From Octopus bimaculoides (Eukaryota): a stretch of DNA of 36,285 nucleotides. Positions 34,220 through 36,285 of the stretch are shown here, in pieces. The notes beneath the pieces were generated by a model. That model was not told the origin of the DNA. It ran no database searches and was given only the letters and a program-made list of their open reading frames with translations. Location of the stretch: NCBI RefSeq assembly GCF_001194135.2, contig NC_068984.1, forward strand, positions 22,703,379 to 22,739,663. The letters are read 5' to 3'. The translations under genes and the position numbers were made by a program. Every line of letters starts with the position of its first letter. The first letter of the stretch is position 1.

Positions 34220-36262
34220 GCCTTCTTCAAAAAGGATTCTTTCATTTGTTTTGCCACAAGAGAACTCATTCTTACATTCAACAACTTGTTACAAAAATAT
34301 TTTACAGGCCATTTGAGGATATAGCTGCATAGTTATATAAATACTAGGGATGGAACAAGATTGCTATAGAATATAGTCAGTTTTGTTATGCATTGTTAAA
34401 GAAACTCGGATAAATTTCACGAAACAGAAGATATTTAGATATAAATATATAAATTTCAACAAAAGCGAACGGGTGAGAAATGCATCTGCGATACATTAAA
34501 GCAGCCTGCGGCCCTAACTGACTTTCACGACTAGTATTCAATCCTGTTCCATATGAAAGTGTTAGGGATTCAAACAGTTAAGTGTTCAACATTCTCTGAG
34601 GGGTAATCCCTAAACCGTTCGTAGACTGCCAGTGTGGTCTTTCTCGAGAGTCTCTCGTTTAAGGGCTTAGTACTGGTCCCCTATCCTGTTTTCATCTACA
34701 TTTAAGGTTAAATTCTATCGGGTTAAGCATCTATGTTTGCGTCTAATAAGCCTTCTTTTTGGCACGTAGTTTTCTTCTGTCTCTTTTTCTTTTAATTATT
34801 TTCAATACCACTTTCTCAGATATGAAAAGTTTTCATTCCCTCTTTATCGTCTTAATACGGTGAACTGGTAATAGTGAAGGGGAAAGAGCTTATGCCGATA
34901 ACAAGATTATTTCTTTCGCAACCCACAGAGCTGCAACCCGTGATGCAAGTTGCGATGTTCTGGAAACATCAGCTTCCGTAACTTGTTGTAGTTGGAGTTG
35001 TTATGCTACTACTGCGATTAGCCTCATATTTCTTTTTTCAGCAATAGGACCGGACACACTTCTAGACTGGCTTTGCGGTCTGCGCTGCTCAGTTCAATTC
35101 AGATGTAATTTATCGTAGCCACCTACATCGACACTCTTCTGTCCTCTGACACAAAAAAAGAAGCAAGCCAAGAATCGGCATCAGTCATCGACTACACCCT
35201 CGACAGTGACCCTGATGTTGTGCAATGGCACAAGACTTTGTGCAGGTGTATGACGCACCAGTGTTGCATGCTTTCTTGACTTATCTCCAGTTTTGAAAAG
35301 CAAGCTTATGCTCCTATACGCGCCATTCCAAACAACAGAGGTCATGCAGTTCCCCACATTGGCCAGAGTTCACTACAGTTGTTACTTTGAAGGCATAAGG
35401 AAATATTCCGTCTTCTTGTGAATGCAGAAAGGTATGATCTTTGACTTTGCTCGTTCTTGAACTTCAGGTTTGGTGGCGTTTTGTTTGGTTATATTTCTCT
35501 TCGCGAAAATGTTTTTTTCTCAACTGGCATGGTTCAGATACAGCAGTTGAAGACGTTTGAGATGTTTACCGATAGGGCATTGTTAACATCATATCGAAGA
35601 TGAGGAAATAATTCGAAAACAGCTCTTTTAGTGAGGATCCAGCCAATTCTTTTTTCAACCAAGCTGACAAGCCACCAGCACTAACTTCTCAACTGTAGGC
35701 CAACTATCTACATCCAACAGTGCCCCACATCCTGGCAACGGCATCGAATCAAGAAGGCGGCTAAACTTCGTTAAAGGTAGCTGAGGAGGTCAATCTATGA
35801 ATGAAATTCTTTTAAGGGATTGTCACGCACCCTACGCATGTGAAGACTGGATTTCTAATGGACATTGCAGAAGTAAACCAAATGTCTGTGGTCAAGATGC
35901 AAAGGACAGAAAGATTATATCTGGAAACGTTGCTGTATGACGCAGATCTCAGAGAGCATAGAGAGACACGTAGATCACACTAATCCTCACACTGCATCCA
36001 TTACTGAATACCTTTTATAGTCCCTCCCTACTCGCCTCTGGTCCAAGAAATCAAGAATAAGAGAAAGAGAGAGAGAGAGAGTGATTCCATACAGCCCTCT
36101 TTCACTATAATACAGGTCCTGTGCAAGACAGGACTCGAATTTCATCAAACTACAAGGAGACGGCTTTGTTTTCTTAATTATTTTCTTTTTATAATTTTTG
36201 GTGGGAGGTTGAGCTTTCATGCATGTCTGCAAAATCGAAATAACGCCAATTCCGAAGTATCA

Positions 36263-36285
36263 GTGTGTGTGTGTGTGTGTGTGTG
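36263..36285. repeat. (TG)n microsatellite at the window edge
   Basis: Directly visible. Confidence 0.95.

Noticed and set aside
33978-34324. Poly-M/poly-E ORF 34094-34324 and poly-H/C/Y ORF 13978-14187
   Set aside because: They are translations of trinucleotide arrays with no splice or coding context.

Overview
AT-rich, gap-riddled eukaryotic scaffold window with no intact protein-coding gene. The SINE families and the very high microsatellite load suggest an octopod cephalopod (inference from recalled repeat consensuses). Most ORF-track entries are artefacts of microsatellites or N-gaps. The window is mainly decayed transposons: two Helitron helicase remnants, an internally deleted mariner, a 2.4-kb 5'-truncated RTE LINE ending in three C2H2 zinc fingers, smaller RTE and CR1-like fragments, the 3' end of a Penelope-like element, ORF1-like (gag-like) LINE fragments, several tRNA-derived/CORE SINEs and a MITE. 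The most interesting signals are non-coding and structural. (1) Penelope-type minimal hammerhead-ribozyme-like motifs with palindromic stem III recur, several carrying CAGA(N)GA instead of CUGA(N)GA. (2) A dispersed module has a conserved pseudoknot and split hammerhead halves. (3) A 171-bp miniature LTR element keeps its tRNA-Ser(GCU) primer-binding site and both 5-bp TSDs. (4) A near-perfect T-shaped three-way palindrome resembles a parvoviral terminal hairpin. All alignments and folds were done by eye.
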